Assembly (NCBI RefSeq): GCF_009914755.1
Contig: NC_060927.1
DNA from: the human T2T-CHM13v2.0 reference genome, Homo sapiens
DNA: 64,000 bases
Direction: 5' to 3' (one strand)
Every line of letters starts with the position of its first letter. Within the stretch, counting starts at the first letter, position 1. The position numbers and the translations under genes were made by a program. A model generated the notes under the pieces. It was not told where the DNA came from. It did not search any database and saw nothing but the letters and a program-made list of their open reading frames with translations. Of this stretch, positions 1-16,282 are shown one piece after another.

Positions 1-280
<280 letters not shown>

Positions 281-928
281 TCTCCACGTTTCTTAGTTCA
301 GCATTTGTTAAACCCTGACCCACCCATGGCAATATTTTTGCAAATACAGAATATCAGCCAATTTTCGATGGGGTTGTCAGATACGAACTTACACTGTCTC
401 CTGGGATAAATTTACCAAAGAATTGGTGAAATTTGGGGAACTTTGACATGAAGAAGACTGTTCATTTGAGAGACACTTTAGAAGAACACCAGAAATAAAA
501 AAATAAGACTTTCGGAGAACAGTATTTGTCTTATTTGTCTAAGAGCATTTTAAGTAGAAGACTGCCCATATTTTATTTCCATACTTCAAGGTTTTTTATT
601 AATAACATGGCTTATATTTAAGCTTTTTCCTCTCTCCTTGAAAAGAAAAGATAATTAGCGTTTTACAGTGATAATTTCATATTTGTCTAAAACTGGCTGT
701 AGCTCACCTTTTCCTGTTTCTCATTTTCTTTCATTAAAAATTTGAAAGATGATTCATGAGACTAAGTCATTCTGTCATTATATGTGCAGTCCAGGAATAT
801 CTAGTCCAAATAAACAGCCAAAAATGTCTAAGAAAAAAATCATTGTGCTTTAAAAAATGTGTAAAAATTAATGTGGTCAAATGAACTTAAATAGCCTTTA
901 TTATTATGTTTATAAGGAGCAAGTTTAC

Positions 929-1240
<312 letters not shown>

Positions 1241-1913
1241 TCAAGATAAAAGAGGAGCTCTTAAACATGATTTAATGATTTTTGAATATAAAGTTTATAA
1301 ATTATATTTTTAAAAATGTATAAAATATTTCTGATTAATAGATGAATTTGGGTGAGCTGTAACAAAATAATATTTATTTAAAGTTGATTATATGTCTTCC
1401 AGGTTTTATTACATAATGATAAAATATTCCAAGTTCATATAAAACTGAATTTGATCTTTTCATGATCTAAACTTTCTAAATTTTATATATTGATCAAATG
1501 GGCCAAACAAGTTACTGATTCAATCAGTTGTATAAGATTACAAAATATAAAATGGTGTTTAAATAAAATTTTAATACAGATGTCTTTTAAAGGAGTTTTA
1601 ATCTTATAAAATTATGCTTCTATTATAAAGACCAAATGTGTTAACTAAAATTATAATTTTTCAGATCTCCAGTTAACTTTCAGGCCCTTACATAATGTTC
1701 AATTAGTCCTGGGATAATTGGACAATTTCTGACTAATACATGATACAGAGCTTTGGTTACTAAAGAGAGTTTCAGTTTACCTTTATTCTTATACATTATA
1801 AAATGATTATGAATTAACACAATGTGCAGATACTTTGGTTGTTATATATGTGTTGTTTTGCCACCTTAAAATTATAGAAGTAATCTAAAATTTGTATTTA
1901 TAAAAATTTAGCT

Positions 1914-2198
1914 AACCAGGTGCAGTGGCTCACACCTGTAATCCTAGCACTTTGTGAGGCTGAGGTGGGAAGATCGCTTGGGCCCAGGAGGTTGAGACTA
2001 GTCTGAGCAACATGGCGAAGCCCTGTCTGTAAACTACACAAATTAGCCAGATGTGATAGCATGTGCCTGTAGTTCCAGCTACTCGGGAGGCTGAGGTGGG
2101 TGGCTCACTTGAGCACAGGGAGGAGGTTGCGATGAGCCGAGATTGCACCAGTGCACTCTAGCTTGGATGAAAGAACCAGACCCTGTCTCAAAAAAAAA
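1914..2198 (+). mobile_element. AluJ-like
   Basis: Diverged Alu dimer with short A tail. Confidence 0.9.
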
Positions 2199-2613
2199 TT
2201 TTAGCTTGACATTTCTTGGTTTTCTGTCTTCTGGTTTTCTCTTTGGGAAAGCAAAAGTTGATTACTTTGGTTAAAAGTGGTGATTAATAAGAATAAGAAT
2301 ATACTTGGTATAATAACTACAGAAAAACATGAAAATAAATATATATGTACACACAAGATATGAATTTTATTAGTTTGTTAGAATGGTAATTTCAATGTGA
2401 TATATATACTGTTTTATTTAATATACTGATAAAGTGAGTTGTCAGAATATTACATTAAATATGAAATTTAAAATTAAAAACCTTAATTATATTTTCCATT
2501 TTTAAACAGACATACCTCATTTTATTCAACTTTATTGTGTTTCACAGATAGTATGTTTTTTACAAATTGAGGGTTTGTGATAACCCCATGTGGAACAAGT
2601 CTATCAGCTCCAT

Positions 2614-2950
<337 letters not shown>

Positions 2951-3420
2951 TAACTTCACATCTCTGTGTCACATTTTGGTAATTCTTGTAATATTTCAAA
3001 CTTTTTCATTATTATTACATCTGTTATGGTGATCTGTGATTGGTGATTTCTGATGTTATTGTAATTTATTTTGAGGTACCATGAAACCTGCCCATATAAG
3101 ATAGCAAACTTCATCCATATAATTGTATATGTTTTGACTGCTCTACCTACCAGTTGTGCTTGCACATTCTCTCTCTCTCTGTCAAAGCTTAATCCAGAGG
3201 AAGGCTCTAACTCTGTTCAATTTTATGAAGGCTGAGAGAGGTGAGAAAGTTGCAGAAGAAAAGTTTGAAGCTAGCAGATGTTGGTTCATGAGGTTTAAGG
3301 AAAGAAGCCATTTCTAACGTAAAAGTGAAAGGTGAAGCAGCAAGTGCTGATGTGGAAGCTGCAGCAATGATCAGTGGTCTCCTAAGATCGTTGATGATGT
3401 TGGCTACACAGAACAACAGA

Positions 3421-3724
3421 TTTTCTTTTTTCTTTTTTTTTGAAATGGAGTTTCACTCTGTCGTCCAGGCTGGAGTGCAGTGGCACGATCTCGGCTCACT
3501 ACAGTGAGCCTCTGCTTCCTGGGTTCAAGCAGTTTTCCTGCCTCAGCCTCCCAGGTAGCTGGGATTACAGGCATCTGCCACCATGCCCGACTAAGTTTTG
3601 TATTTTTAGTAGAAACAGAGTTTCACATGTCGGTCAAGCTGGTCTCAAACTCCTGACCTCGTGATCCACCTGCCTCGGCCTCCCAAAGTGCTGGGATTAC
3701 AGGCATGAGCCACCATGCCTGGCC
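3421..3724 (-). mobile_element. AluS inside Tigger1
   Basis: Reverse Alu consensus; aacaacaga repeated on both sides. Confidence 0.93.
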
Positions 3725-4808
3725 AAACAACAGAGATTTTCAGTGTAGATGAAACATCCTTCTTTTGGAAGAAGATGCCATCTGTGACTTTCATAGCTGG
3801 AGAGAAGTCAGTGCCTGGCTTCAAATCTTCAAAAGACAGGCTGTGACTCTCTTGTTAGGGGCTAATGCAGCTGGTGACTAAGTTTGAAGACAGTGCCCCT
3901 TTCTCATTGTCAAAATCCTAGGGCCCATAATAATTATGCTAAATCTACTCTGCTTGTATTCTGCAAATGGAATAACAAAGCCTGGATGACAGCATGTCTG
4001 TTTACAGCATGGCTTACTGAATGTTTAAAATCCATTGCTTAGAAAAAAATGATTCTTTCAAAAGATTACTGCTCATTGACAATTAACCTGTCACACAAGA
4101 GCTCTGATGGAGATGTACAAAGAGATTAATGTTGTTTCCATGCCCGCCAATACAACATTCATTCTGCAATCCCTGGATCAAAGAGTAATTTTGACTTTCA
4201 AGTCTTATTATTTAAGAAATACATTTTGTAAGGCGATCGCTGCCATAGGTTGATTCCTCTGATGGATCTGGACGAAGTAAATTGAAAACCTTCTAGAAAG
4301 GCTTCACCATTCTAGATGCCATTAAGAACATTTGTGATTCCTGGGAGGAGGTCAAAATAACATTACCAGGAGTTTGGAAGAAGTTGATTCCAACCCTCAT
4401 GGATGACTCTGAGGAGTTTAAGACTTCAGTGGGTGAAGTAACAGTGAATGTATTGGCAATAGCAGGAGAATTAGAAGTGGAACCTGAAGATGTGACTGAA
4501 GTCCTACAATTTCATGTTCAAACTTGAACAGATGAGGAGATCCTTCTTCTATGGATAAGCAAAGAAAGTAGTTTCTTGAGATGGGATCTACTCCTGTTGA
4601 AAACGCTGCAAACATTGTTATTACAACAAAGGGTAAAACCTGGTTGATAAAGCAGTGGCAAGGTTTGAAAGGATTGACTCCAGTTTTGAAAGAAGTTCTA
4701 CTATGGATATAATGCTATCAAACAGCGTCACATACAACAGAGAAGTCTTGTGAAAGGGAAAGTCAATCGATGTGGCCAACTTCATTGTTGTCTTAAGAAA
4801 TTGTCATG

Positions 4809-4935
4809 TGACTGGGTGAAGTGGTTCACACCTTTAATTCCAGCTACTTGGGAGTCTGAGGCAGGAAGATCACTTGAGACCAGGATTTTGAGACCAGCCC
4901 TGGGCAACATAGTGAGACCCATCTCTAAAAAACAT
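4809..4935 (+). mobile_element. Alu monomer (FLAM-like) inside Tigger1
   Basis: Single diverged Alu arm; aagaaattg flanking duplication. Confidence 0.8.
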
Positions 4936-6065
4936 TTTAAAAGAAATTGCCACAGCCACCTCAACCTGCAGCAGCCATCACCTTGATCAGTCAGTAGCTA
5001 TCAGCATCAAGCTAAGACCCTCTAGGCTCCTAGACCTTCAGTCTCCACTTCTAGTTCTGATGCTGATGTTTCAGCTGATTGTTAGCATGTTTTAGCAATA
5101 CAGTATTTTTAAATTAAGGTATGTATGGTGGGATTTTTGTTTAGACATAATGCTATTGCATACTTAATAGACTACAGTATCGTGTAAACATATAGCTTTT
5201 ATAAGCACTAGGAAAACAATTTGTGTGACTTGCTTTATTGCGATATTAGCTTCATTGCAGTGGTCTGTTACTGAACCCACAATGCCTCCAAGATATGCCT
5301 GTATGTTTTGATGCTTTGAAAAAGAAAATGAACAAAAATGTATTTGTAATGTACTATCTTCCTCAAACTGTTTTAATTTATTTATAAATACAGTGTTTCT
5401 TTGGACTAAGTAGCTTTTAAAAAAATTAATAGCAATACAGCATTTCTCATCTTTTCTAGTTATATTAGCCAGCAACTATAAAGCAACTAAAGGATGAAAT
5501 GGTTAGTTCTCCTCTTAAGGCTTTTTCTAAGAAGTTGGAGGAATTTTTTTCTCTAAATTTTTTTTTCCTTTTGATGAGTCATTTATCTGTGAGCCAGCCT
5601 CTTAGGTTGTCGTTGTGCATGTGAGTTTTTTTGAATAGGTCCTCTGTTGATAGTGTCCAGGAAAGTGGCTGAGTACATTCTGATAACTCAGAGCTTTTTG
5701 CTGATAATGAAATTTTGAGTTTCACAAATTGCTAGTTAATATCTCCTGTGTTACCACCAGTAGTGAGAAATACAATATGTGAGCTTCCTCAAGTCACCAT
5801 TTTGAAGCCTTATGAATGCAGTCACCATCTCTGTATATCAAAGCTAGTAACATAGGTTATGAGATAATAGGCATTTAAAAGTACACATACCAATTTAGGC
5901 TGTCTTAAAAACATAATTAGTAGAAATGCCCATTGCTTGCAACTTTGTTATGACTCTAAAGTCAAAACAAATCTGCAAATTTGAGGTAAACAGCAAAGCC
6001 AACACAATTCTTACATATATGTATATATATTTTTCGTTGTTGAAAACAATGTGGCCCTGACATAA

Positions 6066-6232
6066 TTTTTCTTTTTCAATTAAAAAAAATAGATTTAGTG
6101 GGTACAGGTGTAGTTTTGTTATATGGATATATTGGGTAGTGGTGAAGTCTGGGCTTTTAGTGTAATCGTCTGCCAAATAGTATTCATTGTACCCAATAGG
6201 TGAGTTCTCATCCCTCAACCTCTCCCCACCCA
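6066..6232 (-). mobile_element. L1 3'-end fragment (L1PB/L1MA-like)
   Basis: gggtacaggtgtagttttgttatatggatatattg...cattgtacccaatagg matches an antisense L1 3' terminus. Confidence 0.75.
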
Positions 6233-6509
6233 ACAATTCTAATGAACGTTCATTTTAATGTGACAGATGTTTTGCCAAAATGAAATTGTCTTTCATAATG
6301 TGACATTTCTTTCACCTTCAGCATTTCTATTTAGCTGCCTGTCAAGCAGTCTTAGTTCTTCTACCTGTTCTTTTTCTAAACCACTGCAAAATCTGTCTTC
6401 TTGTAGCACCTTCGGTTAGCTTTTGAAGTGAATAAACTAACCCCAGCATTTGTAAGTTAGTTTATATCTTTTTTGTATTAGCCTTCTAGAAGAATGTTTA
6501 AGATGCTTG

Positions 6510-6700
6510 GTTTTAGAGCAAATCCTGACCCTACCACTTAATGCTCTGTCACATTGGGCAAGTTACTTAGTCTCTCTGTCCCTCAGGTTTCTCATGTGTA
6601 AAATGGTGATAAAAGTAATACCTATTTCATGGGTTTGTGGTAAAGAACAAGTAAGACAATCCATATAAGGTGCTTAACATAAGCCTGGCACATAAGTATT
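6510..6700 (+). mobile_element. MIR
   Basis: ttgggcaagttactt...tttctcatgtgtaaaatgg core and cctggcacataagta end. Confidence 0.8.
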
Positions 6701-6787
6701 CTGTTGTTTGGCACGCTCTCGATTATAAATTCAGATATGGTTCCTGAAACTGTGTGGAATTACTTGTTTGCGATTTGGTCCTTTAGA

Positions 6788-6882
6788 GCAGTGCTGCCCA
6801 ATAGAACTTGGTGCAGTGATGGAAATCTTTTAATTTAAATGTAAACAGCCATGGTTAGTTATTACCATATAGACATCACAGA
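6788..6882. mobile_element. MER3-like hAT-Charlie MITE, internally deleted
   Basis: cagtgctgcccaatagaactt...gatggaaat start, with tagag-type flanks. Confidence 0.6.
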
Positions 6883-7906
6883 TCTAGAGTATGTTTGTAT
6901 AGATGTTATACTGTTGACAAATGGAAAACATGATTTAAAATGTCTCATAGAGAACGTTGTGTATACTTGAGAATATGTCAGCGTTCCACAGTTTTGGAAA
7001 TTTGCCTGTTGTAAGCTAGCATCTCCTACCAGCTTAGAACAGGCAAATATTGATATTTGCTTCTTCCAAACCACTCTCAGATTTGTATGCAGGAATGTGC
7101 AGTCATTAATGTCTATTTTCTTATGTGCTAATAATTTTGAAAGCAGCTGGCCTCTTCCATCTTGTGGTCTTGAGGAAGATTTCAATTTAAAGGAAGAAAT
7201 GCCTTGCAAACAGTAGATACTCATGAAATGATTTTCCAGTGAAACAGTAGCCTGTGTTTACATATCTTTAGTATATATGTAAAGTGCTTATTCTATCATA
7301 TTAATGTTGCCATTAGTGGTTTGAAGTAAACAGTGAACTGTGTTTATACATCTTTCTGTGTCTTTTGAATGACTTACTTATGTTAGTCTCTATCGTTTTG
7401 CCACCGATCATTTTCAGATATTAATTATTTCACTTGGAAATCCCTTTTCTTGTATTGCCTGAGTCTATAATGCCCAAGGAATAAAATCAAATAGGAACTA
7501 TCTGAATAAATTAACTGTAGCCATCAAAGGTCCTATTTTCAAGTAGTTGTCTTTGGTTACAGAGATGTAAGGAAAGAACACTGTGTTCCAGGGAAATGGG
7601 CAAGGTTTTTGGAATACAGGTTATTAGAACAAGAACCTTAGACTGACCTTTTTCTTTTAATTACTCGACTTTTACTTTTTTATTTGTGAAATTTATCTGT
7701 ATATTACCTTGGGTAGTATACCCCACCCTCACTTCAAGTAAGAACAGAAAACAGAGGGTTCTTTTTAAAATAAATTCTACAATAAACTTTTATAGCAAGA
7801 CCATCATATTCAAATGAAAAAGTAAAAATAATCAAATGTGTTCTTTTAAATTAATAGGAGTTATTTTATTTTGTAATTACATAATGCTCCATTTTTTTTT
7901 TCCTAA

Positions 7907-8089
<183 letters not shown>

Positions 8090-8665
8090 TAAAAAAGTGT
8101 TTTTGCATTTTTACTTACTAAAAACAGTTTATCAGGTATTAAATCATACTTTGTCTTCCATCATGTTGTCTATCACAGTTTGTTTTAGTTACAGTCCTGT
8201 TTCTCTGATTGTTAAGCTTTCCATCTGATTTAGAATCTCTAATTCATTAAGCAGAAGAGCTGTAAATCCATGCTGTGACAATGATGGGAAATTATTATGT
8301 TTCTGAATCATAGTTATATTTTTCTTAATAAATTGAAACTACTGTATTGATTGTAATCAATTTGTAGTAGTTCTTAGGGATTTATAAGAGTTTTATGTGT
8401 ACTATTGCAGCAGAATGATCATTCTTTAGATTCCCAACACCTGGGTGCTACTGTCTCATGTCTACTACTGATTAATATGCTTTGTTAAATCAGTATTCAG
8501 AACTGTTTCTTCATTTGTAAACTGAGAGAAAATACTTAAACCTGCACCCCTCACAAAATTGAGGATCAGATAAGACTATGTGACATTTCCTTGGAGAAGT
8601 GCTTTGCACATATGAGGGGTTAGTGTTTTGTTTGCTTTCCAGTCATTTGCTTTATGACTGTCATA

Positions 8666-8976
8666 GGCCGGGCATGATGGTTCATGCCTGTAATCCTAAC
8701 ATTTTGGGAGGCCGAGGCGGGCAGATCACTTGAGCCCAGGAGTTTGAGACCAGCGTGGGCAACATGCTGAAACCCTGTCTCTACAGAAAAATAAAAATAG
8801 AAAAAAAATTAGCCCGGTGTAGTGGCACACACCTGTAGTCCCAGCTGCTCTGGAGGCTGAGATGGGAGGATTGCTTGAGCCCAGAAGATGGAGACTGTGG
8901 TGAGCTGTGCACCACTGCCCTCCAGCCTGGGCGACAGTAAGACCCTGTCTCCAAAATGGAAAAAAAAAAAAAAAAA
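8666..8976 (+). mobile_element. AluJ-like
   Basis: Alu dimer with poly-A tail. Confidence 0.92.
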
Positions 8977-9840
8977 CTGTTGTAAACCCTTAATTAATTC
9001 ATATAGACTGTGGTTTTTGTTTTTAACCTTTTAACTTAGAAGATCTTATTAACAGGTTATAATTTTGGTTTCAGTGGTGGAGCATTTTTTTGTCATTAAT
9101 GTATTCTATTTCAAGACAATATTTTGTGATTCACACACTTTAAATTCTTATATCCACTAAGATTAATGTAGATGAAGGAGAACTTAGACATTTTACAGCA
9201 TATATAACTTACAGTTTTGAAATGTCAAGAAATATTTTGTGCTATCTGCGCAGCCATGTTATTGTGTTGCCAGGAAAAACTAACTTAAGTGGTAGGAGCT
9301 CCACAAGTATTTGTTAAGTGACTGAATTAATAAAAATTGCAAGCTCATCAAATGGTACTCTTTAAATATGTGCAGTTTATTGTATATCAATTATACTTCA
9401 ACAAAGCTATTCTTTTAAAATAATTAGATTTGAAAAAATGGTGAATTACTCTTTAATTCTAGTTCTTACTGACGTTTTGTAACACTAGAGCTATAATGTA
9501 GTGATCTGCCAATGAGGCAAAGCAGTTAGAGGTATGCAGTAGGGGCTCAAGACACAGCTAGTGAATAAACACCAATTTTGGTGGGGGTTTTCTTTTAAGG
9601 AGTTTCTTAGTTTTGCCTTTCCGCTGCTTCCTCATTGTAAAATTAAGATCATGCTGTCTCTATGATGGGTTATGAGTAATTGAGTTGAGTTGAGTAATTC
9701 CTGAAGATGAGGTTATGAGAAAGTGATTGTTAGCATTCTAAGCATTGCTTTCAAACCAGCTTACGCCCTTAACTAATATGCTTTTCCAAGGAATTGTTCA
9801 TCTAAATGCCACGATAATAAAACTTAAATAGTAAAGTTGT

Positions 9841-10284
9841 ACTATTTACAATAGCAAAGATATGTAATCAACCTAAATGCTCATCAATGATAGACTGGAT
9901 AAAGAAAATGTGGTACAAACACACCAATACTATGCAGCCATAAAAAAGAACAATATCATGTCCTTTGCAGGGAGGGGCATGGATGGAGCTAGAGGCCATT
10001 ATCTTTAGCAAACTAACACAGGAATAAAAAACCAAATACCACATGTTCTCGCTTATAAATGAGAGCTAAATTGTGAGAACATATGGACACATAGAGGGGA
10101 ACAACACACACTGGAGCCTATTAGAGGGTGAAGGATGAGAAGGAGAGGATCAGAAAAAAATAACTAATGGGTACCAGGCTTAATACCTGAGAGATGAAAT
10201 AATTTATACAACAAACCCCCATGACATAAGTTTACCTATGTAACAAAACTATACATGTACCCCTGAACTTAAAAGTTAAAAAAA
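9841..10284 (+). mobile_element. 5'-truncated L1 (old L1PA/L1PB 3' end) with 15-bp target-site duplication
   Basis: L1 3' UTR sequence with A tail; aaatagtaaagttgt at 9826-9840 and 10285-10299. Confidence 0.92.
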
Positions 10285-10443
10285 AAATAGTAAAGTTGTT
10301 AAACATTTTTAAAAAATTATTTTTGAGGGGTGAAATACAGCACACATAAAAACGTACACTTCTGAACACAAATATTTTGGGGTTCTTGATAATGTATCTG
10401 CAAGTAAAATCCACTCACTCCAGAAGTTGTGTTCATTCATTAA

Positions 10444-10629
<186 letters not shown>

Positions 10630-12009
10630 TGATAGATCATCATAGCCTCAGAAGGCAACACTGTTTTCAGTCTTCTTCACCCAGAGCACTAGGCTCCACA
10701 GGGAATATTGTAGGTAGTGGGCAAATCTTTATGGACTTGAGATCAAGGTAGATTATTATGTTCTCTTTCTTGCAAAGCTAAAAGACTACTGTATTCTCCT
10801 ACATTCTCTGGGGCTTTCTTTCATGTATTTGAATTCATAGATAATTTATAAGTTCTGTTTTTAATAGGGAAGACTGAAATGTTCAGAATTCTAGGAAATT
10901 TTTAAAAGGTATCTTAACTACAGTCTTATTTCTAGTGACTTATTGAAATGTCAAGAAATCCATAAATTTGTAAGTAATCTCTTCATTATGACATTGTATG
11001 CTTTTAGGCATTTTGAGGATGGCAAAGTATTTTCAAAGAATTTGGTAAACCTTATTCACAATGCAGATTTCTTGCAAAACTGCTAAAATTGTCAACATTT
11101 CTCACAGAGTAATATTTGTATTTAAATGCTGATGAACTAGAACCTTATGCAGTTGCAAACATATCTGATTCTTCGCTTTTAAGAGAAAAAAAACTAGTGA
11201 CAATGTAGCAGTTTCACATCAGGATTATTCAAGAAAGGAACTTCAAAGCCATTTCCTGAAGCCAGAAAATTCCATTCTCTTTGTCATCTTTTCCATGTCC
11301 TTTATGTGAAAATACATTAGTAATGTCCACCGGTGTCTTTACACAGTAGAATTATGATTCACAAAACATTTCAGAAATATCTTTATCAAAGAGGATTAAA
11401 GTGGACAGTAGAAACTTTAATCATAATATTTCCTAAACATTCTGTAGATCAGGATTTATTGATTCTGTATGAATTTGAACTTTGTGGTGTTTTTGGTCAC
11501 ACTTCGCATCTGTGATCAGGTATGGGGCAGTGGTTGGGGAGGGTTGCTGATTCCTTATTTTACTTATGTTTCAGTTTCTCAGTTATGATAGGGAGATTTC
11601 CTTTATATCAGCTCTCTATTAAAAATGCAGTTGAAATTTATGATGTAGAAATCTTGTCACAGTCTGAAGATTGTGTAAATAGGAAACAGGTAAGTAAAAT
11701 GACAAAGAAAATGAGACTTTATTAGGCATCACTCACATTAAAATACTTGTCTTTTTACCTCTGTGTGTTTACCACTTTAGTATGTCTTAAACTGACAAAT
11801 TAGTTATAATCACTTTATATACTTTTTAGAAGTACAGTTAAAACAAATTAGAAAGTACTGATTGTTCTATGCTGGTTCTTTACTGGAAATTGGTAGCTTT
11901 CCTGGAAATAGAGGTTACATAAAGCCAGATAATTGATATGGTTATCAATTAACAAGGAGCTTCATCCTTTTTAACTGCTCCTACATTTAAATATGAGTAA
12001 ATACAGATC

Positions 12010-12350
12010 TATGTGGCCATATATATACATAGATAAATAATGTGGCCATATACATTTTCCCACAGGATATATATAATATGTTATATATTATATGTGTATA
12101 TATATTTATAGATGTATTTGTATAAAATACATATATAAAGTATATATGCATATATATGTGTATTATATAATATATGATATATAAAGTATAAAATATATAT
12201 AAACCATATAAAGTATATATATAAATATATAATATGTATAATATACTGTGGGAAAAAGATACATATATAAAATATATAAATATGTTCTGTGGAAAAAATG
12301 TATATGGCCATTTTATATATAAAAAAATAAAATGTGTATATATATAATAT
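12010..12350. repeat. AT-rich low-complexity (TA)n-like tract
   Basis: Degenerate TA repeats interspersed with repeated ctgtggaaaa/tggccata motifs. Confidence 0.85.
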
Positions 12351-12644
12351 ATCTTTTAGGACTTGGATGCAATGCACCATCCAAAAATGGCAGGGTGAGT
12401 CAGGTTTGGAGCTTTGTCTCTTGTTCTAGGGTTAGAGGAAAGCATGTGTAATGGTAAGATTCATTTGGAGCTAATATATTAATATGTATTTCCTGTGGAA
12501 AAAATGTATATGAATATTAACTAAACAGTTGAATATGTACCATTTAGTTTTTTATTATTTAGGTATAGTATATATATTATTAAGTATAATTAATTGCCTA
12601 TTAAATATACAGGGGAAAAACACTAGATTATAATTGAATTGAGG

Positions 12645-13318
<674 letters not shown>

Positions 13319-13342
13319 TGATTTTTATTTCTCCATGATTGA

Positions 13343-13697
<355 letters not shown>

Positions 13698-15498
13698 TAA
13701 TTATTATTTGTCAATTAAAAATTAAAACTTTTAGAAAACATTAGATTTGAAGTAAAAATAAAAATTAGCTTTTTCTATCCTGATTAAAAAAAGACAAAAA
13801 TATAAAAGTCAGGTGAAAGGAAGTTCTTGCCACACTCAGCAAGAAAATCAACTTTTTTTTTACATACACCTCTGTTGAATGCCACATTAGAGTTTTACAG
13901 TGAAAATGTTGGTAAATGAGCTTAGTATAAGAATAGCTTATAACTGTAAGATATTATAGTTATTATAATAGTATACTATTATTATATGTTATATCTTGTC
14001 AAAATTGGAAGAACAATAGTTCAAATTCTCCCATATTCTTGATTTAAAAAATGAACACTAGAATTCATTTGAGCCTAATTTTAAATGTTTTCATGATACT
14101 GATCAGTGAGGTAACCTAAAACTGAAATGTAAAATTGACTACAGATCTGCTGGAGGAAAAATTTCTTTTAGGACTTGGATGCAATGTGGCTATTGAAAAA
14201 TGGCAGGCGAGTTGGCTTTGGAATCTTATCTTATGGTATAGGATTAGAGGAAGGCATGTGTAAGGGTAAGATTCATTTGGAACTAAATCAGGGAGTAGAT
14301 TTAGTGAGTTACAAGGAAGAGAGCAGGGTAAGGGGATGTGAAACAGAACCAGAAAGGCTGTCCTCAGTAATTGAGTGATGGACACCATATACTTGCCTCT
14401 TTCCTTCCCTTTACCCTTTCACAATCTAGATGTTTTACATTACTATCCTATTGAGAACATTAGATAATGTGTAACTAAATCTAGCTATATCTGCTCACAT
14501 ATCTCCTTCTGGGTGCTTTTTTTCATATTAATTACATTTCTTTAGAGCCAAGGAAGCTCTCCTGTTGTAAAGAAGTTATGCAAGGAATAGAACTTTTTCT
14601 ATACTCTAAAATTGTTAGTGTGATTTAGATGTCCATGTAGGTTTCTGCAGGGCTTAGCCAGTGAAGCATAGGAGTCTGCAGTATCTCTTTGAGTTCAGTT
14701 ATTTCTCTTTCAGAACAAAATTCACTCATTAGAACTAATTAGTCGAGGAGGGTAGGTGTGAGCTAGGATATGATTTAAATTTAAAATATTTCTAATTACA
14801 TTCCTGTTGTCATAATTATTGCACTTAAGCTATACTGTCTCTAGAAGAAGCACTGAGTAAATATATAAGAAAAATTGTTAGTTTTGGTTTATTATAAACA
14901 AATTGATGCTTCTGGAAAACCTGTGATTATATTTAAACAAAATATTACCCTTGTCATCATTTCTGTGTTTTGCTGAAAGCCTTTATTTGGAGATAATGTA
15001 ACAAACCTGAGGCGGAAGTATTTGTCACTATCACAACTTCCAAATTAAATGTAAATGTTTGACGTTTTATTATATTCTCTCCATATTGTTACATTTAAAC
15101 ATTAGCACTTTAGCAGAAAGAAGTGTTTTGGTTATGTATTAAATGGGATAAAAATAAATACAGACACACTGAGTTTTAGTGTTTAAATGGCCCAATCTAG
15201 TCCGGAATCCTTATTTTGTAGATGAAAAAATTTGAGACCTGGACAAATTGTGTTTTTCCAGAAGGCATATAGCTTCTTTGAGGTAGAGCAAAAACTAGAA
15301 ACTTGATCTTCTCATTCTCAATCAGGTGATGAAATTGTTCAGACTAGAAAAGGAAAGACAGATCGTAGGCGTGGCTTGATTCTTGCTTCTGAGTATAGGA
15401 AGGGTACCCTCCACGTCCCCTCCTGCCCTGTGACAAAAATTATTTTCTTATAATTAAAAATAACTGCCTGCCAGGGACCACAAGAAAGAATGGGTTTA

Positions 15499-15684
15499 TC
15501 CAGCCTGGCCAACATGTCGAAAGCCTGTGTCTACTAAAAATACAAAAATTAGTGGTAGCAGATACCTGTAATCCCAGCTACTCGGAGGCTGAGGCAGGAG
15601 AATTGCTTGAACCTGGGAGACAGAGTTGCATTGAGCCGAGATTGCCCCATTGTAATCTAGCTTGGGTGACAAAAAAAAAAAAAA
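15499..15684 (+). mobile_element. 5'-truncated, internally deleted Alu with 17-bp target-site duplication
   Basis: aagaaagaatgggttta at 15482-15498 and 15685-15701. Confidence 0.9.
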
Positions 15685-15967
15685 AAGAAAGAATGGGTTT
15701 ACCTTGGTCAAATTTGTAACAGTTATTATCTTTAACCCTGACGATTTTCAGAGAGAATAAATAACTCAGCTGGATAATTTAGATGGTAAAGGACTTCATC
15801 AGATGTTGTTTTAAGACCCTTTTGTATTATTCTCTGCTATTTAATGAGTTTTAAGGATAAAAATATGATAATGGAAATACCAATATTAAAATTAAATGTT
15901 GGAATTTCCATTTAGAAGAGTGACTGTTATTACTACAGGAAAAATGAGTCTAGGTCGAATATTTTAA

Positions 15968-16282
<315 letters not shown>

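Noticed and set aside
3180-4760. Tigger1 transposase as a domesticated gene
   Set aside because: Frame is broken by stops, frameshifts, a large deletion and an Alu insertion.
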